Of a DNA stretch of 64,000 nt, positions 60,801 to 64,000 are shown piece after piece (within the stretch, counting starts at the first letter, position 1; each line of letters opens with the position of its first letter). The translations under genes and the position numbers were made by a program. The DNA is from Scyliorhinus canicula. Its lineage: Eukaryota. The stretch covers positions 64,343,703-64,407,702 of the forward strand of contig NC_052157.1 in assembly GCF_902713615.1 (NCBI RefSeq), in the 5' to 3' direction. The notes beneath the pieces are model-generated. The model did no database searches. It saw nothing but the letters and a program-made list of their open reading frames with translations, and had not been told where the DNA came from.

Positions 60801-62365
60801 GGGAGTCAGGATTCCTTTTATTTGGAGACACTGGTGCCGGGTTAACTAACTGTCCCTCTGTTTGTCAAAACCGTGGTGTTAGGACTCCTAACACTTCCGC
60901 CATGAGCACCATTATGGGAGATTTAAGACCTGCAAAGGTTTTCCTCTGTTCTGAGTTTGGTGGACCAGACTCCCCATTCACGTGGCCATTGTTTGTTTGG
61001 AACTGCTGCAAGGCATCAGGTGATTGGCTGAACCATTTTGTCCACTCAGCCATTGTCTATTTTGAAAAAGCACAAAACAAAACTTTGTAAAATAGTCCAG
61101 CTAATTAATATGGGCGTGATTCTCCGTGGCCTCCGGCCACCTGTTTCTCGGCAACCGGATGCAGAATATCGCTCACTGGCGGTGGGATTCACTGCTCCTG
61201 CCTCTGTCAATGGGAATTACCATTGAGGCCCCACTCTGACCAGAAATCCCATAGTCAACGAAAGGCTGGAGAATTCCAGCCTATATATTTTTTAATCTTT
61301 CACATCACCACCCTGACAGTATGGCTGGGGAGAAAGACAGACTGGGTTTACTTACCTTAACATACTGTCACGGAACAGAATGCTGTCCGAATTAGTCCAG
61401 TACAGAATGTTGATAAGAACGTTGATAAGGTTGGGTGAGAACTTCTCTCCTAACTCCCCAAAGCCTGTCCACCATCTACAAGTTAATAGTGTGATGGAAT
61501 ACTCTTCACTTGCCTGGATGAGTGCAGATCCAACAACACTCAAGAAGCTCGATACCGTCTCGGACAAAACAACCCGCTTGATTGGCACCCCATCCACAAA
61601 CATTCACTCCCTCTACCATCGATGCACATTGGTAGCCATGTGTTACATCTACATGATACACTGCAGAAACTTGCCAAAACTCCTTCAACGGAACCTTCCA
61701 AACCCGCCACCAGTACAACTTAGAAGGACACATGGGAAGACTACCACCTGCAAATTCTCCTCCATGTCACTCACCATCCTGACTTGGAAATATATCGGCC
61801 GCTCCTCCATTGTGGCTGAGTCAAAATCATGGAACTCTCTCCCTAACTGTGCTGGATGTACCTACACCTCATGGACTGCAGCGATTCAAGAAGGCAGCTC
61901 ACCACTGCCTTCTCAAGGGACAATTAAGGACGGGCAACAAATGCTGGCCTTGCCAGCGATACCCATATTCTAAAGAATGATTTCAAAATGTCAGACAGTG
62001 AGATAGATTGAGATTGCTCAGCTGCGAACAAGTACTCACTGATTTATCCAGAGGTATTTTCCAGGGTTTCTGTCTGGGTTTTTTATGCCTCTATGGAAGA
62101 AAATGATCCTAATAAAAATCCACAATGTGGGTTGTGTATCTCTGACATGCCATGCTGATTCACTCCAGTGTATAGTGGTACTGTAACTGGAAATAATGCA
62201 GAGGCGTGGACTTGTACTGTGGAGAATGAGAGCTGAAACTTCCAGTGCAGCAGCAATTAGTGTCCCTGCATCTCAATGTGCCGGCGGGCGGGGCTTCTCA
62301 CAGGCTCAGGTGGATGAGTCGCTCATGTGACTGACACTAACCAGTTGTTGTTGCTTTTACTGCAG

Positions 62366-62576
62366 AGAGAGACACAATCCCAGTGCAGGATCCAACAGCA
62401 GCAGCATGCTTCTTTCCCACCGGCACTAATTACTTGCACATCCTGTCCAGACGTGGGTGCCCAGACTTTGCACAGTGTCCCTCCGTCAACCGTGGTCCAT
62501 GGTTACCCCAGCCACCATGCACTGCTCTGCCAAGTGTTCCCTCAGCACAGCCCACATCTCCTGGAGACGGTACTGG
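62366..62576 (+). CDS. Probable DMRTC2-like coding exon 4 (Pro/Ser/Gln-rich); reading frame uncertain
   Basis: Acceptor ttgcttttactgcag|, donor G|gtgagt. The phase-0 frame RETQSQCRIQQQQH...LETVL is open, and so is a second frame (...RGPWLPQPP...). Confidence 0.55.
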
Positions 62577-63325
62577 GTGAGTGAAAACGTCAAGTTTTTT
62601 ATTTCTTTATTCTTTCATGGGCTGTATTGCAGCATTTGTTGCCCATCCTTAATTGCTCTTGAAAATTGAGTGGCTTGTTCGGCCATTACAAAGTCAACCC
62701 CATTGTGGGTCTGGAGTCACATTAAGGCCAGACCGGTAAAGATGGCAGATTTCTTTAGTGAGTGAACCAGATGGGTTTTTAGGGTGATCGCTTTCATTTC
62801 CACATTTTGATAATGGAATCTGCCAGGATGGGGGTGAGTACATTGACCCCACATGAGCTCTGTAACTCCCAGGTTCTGGTCCTTTGAGTTGACTTTACTG
62901 ATTGGATCCAGAGGGAGCGAAGTACATAAGAATATAAGAATTTGCAGCAGGAATACCCCATTTTTCTCCAGCTTTCAATATTATTGTAGGCGATCTTTTG
63001 CCTCCAATCCATGTTCCCGCCTTTTCCCCATAATTCCTTGCGTGTCCAAAAATCTGAGTTCCAAATATGTTAGGACACCCTGGATGTGTGCGGTCAGTTC
63101 CAACCCCACAGGCTCCGGAGTCCCAATATAAGTTAATTAACTAATAATTTATATATATTTTCTGAGATCTTTGACCCTTGACTGTTCCAATGACTTCCAG
63201 GTACCAGATTTGTAAGTAAAACTTAATAACTTTATTTATAACAAGAAAAGAAATAAACACGTAATGGCGATAATATAACAACGATCTGCTAATCTAATTA
63301 GTCCTCCTTCACCGCCTCACTCGCG

Positions 63326-63359
<34 letters not shown>

Positions 63360-63589
63360 GACAGTGAGGAAGGGAAAGATAAAAATAACGGGGATTAAAA
63401 TGGGAATGAGAGAGGAGTATCTTTGCTGTTGAGATTGTAGTCTCTGTAGTTAGCTATCTTCCTGGGACACGAAGTGTTGAAACCCACCGGTTGGATCGGA
63501 TCTTGGTTTGTACCTTCAATTAGAACTGTTATGGGCCATGGTTTAGAGAACACCAAAGTATGTCATGGAGTTCACCTGACCTACAACTT

Positions 63590-64000
63590 TTTTTTTAATA
63601 AACAATTTTATTGAGGTTTTTGGCTTTATAAACAGTTACAGACATCATCAGAAAGGAAGCAAAAAAGGCAAAAATGTGCAAACATCCACGTTCTTTCAAT
63701 ACTTCCACCGTAACATATTGCACAAGCCCGCTCCCCTCCCACCGGTACTACCCGCCATATTTTCCCTCCTACTCTACTCTAACCCCCCCCTGCTGACGCT
63801 CACTCTCCCGCAAAGAAGTCAATAAATGGTTGCCACCTCCGGGTGAACCCCTGCACAGAACCCCTCAAGGCGAACTTGATTTTTTCCATCCCCAGGAAAC
63901 TCGACATGTCCGCAAGCCACCACTCCGTCTTCGGGGGCTTTGAGTCCCTCCACGCCAATAATATTCGTCGCCGGGCTATCAGGGAAGCAAAGGCCAGCAC
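63590..64000 (-). mobile_element. L1/Tx1-like LINE 3' end with poly(A)
   Basis: LAFASLIARRRILLAW...WQPF; AATAAA and poly(A) on the minus strand. Confidence 0.8.

Overview
Repeat-rich vertebrate genomic DNA. The SINE, LINE and satellite content points to a cartilaginous fish, probably a shark (inference). Three host genes can be read from the sequence. (1) The 5' end of rps19 on the minus strand: a 5'TOP non-coding exon at ~4409-4367 inside a CpG island, and coding exon 1136-1066 ([24 protein letters not shown]). (2) An intact two-exon adenosine-receptor-like GPCR on the minus strand (20043-19718 + 16091-15374, 347 aa). It keeps most adenosine-pocket residues but has NTH in place of DRY. (3) A plus-strand DM-domain gene (exons 33816/33833-34071, 43611-43753, probably 55158-55261 and 62366-62576, continuing beyond the window), with a likely CpG-island promoter at ~27.3-27.9 kb. 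Its DM domain carries the DMRTC2/Dmrt7 signature, and it is linked to rps19, the neighbour of DMRTC2 in human. The main finding is therefore a candidate chondrichthyan orthologue of Dmrt7, a gene usually described as mammal- or amniote-restricted. The rest is transposable element: a full-length GalEa-like Copia inside the DM-domain intron, a full-length Gypsy, a deleted ERV, solo LTRs, CR1/L2/Rex/L1/Penelope fragments, tRNA-derived SINEs, MITEs, and minisatellites expanded from within DeuSINE and L2 copies. All comparisons to known genes are from memory; no database search was run.
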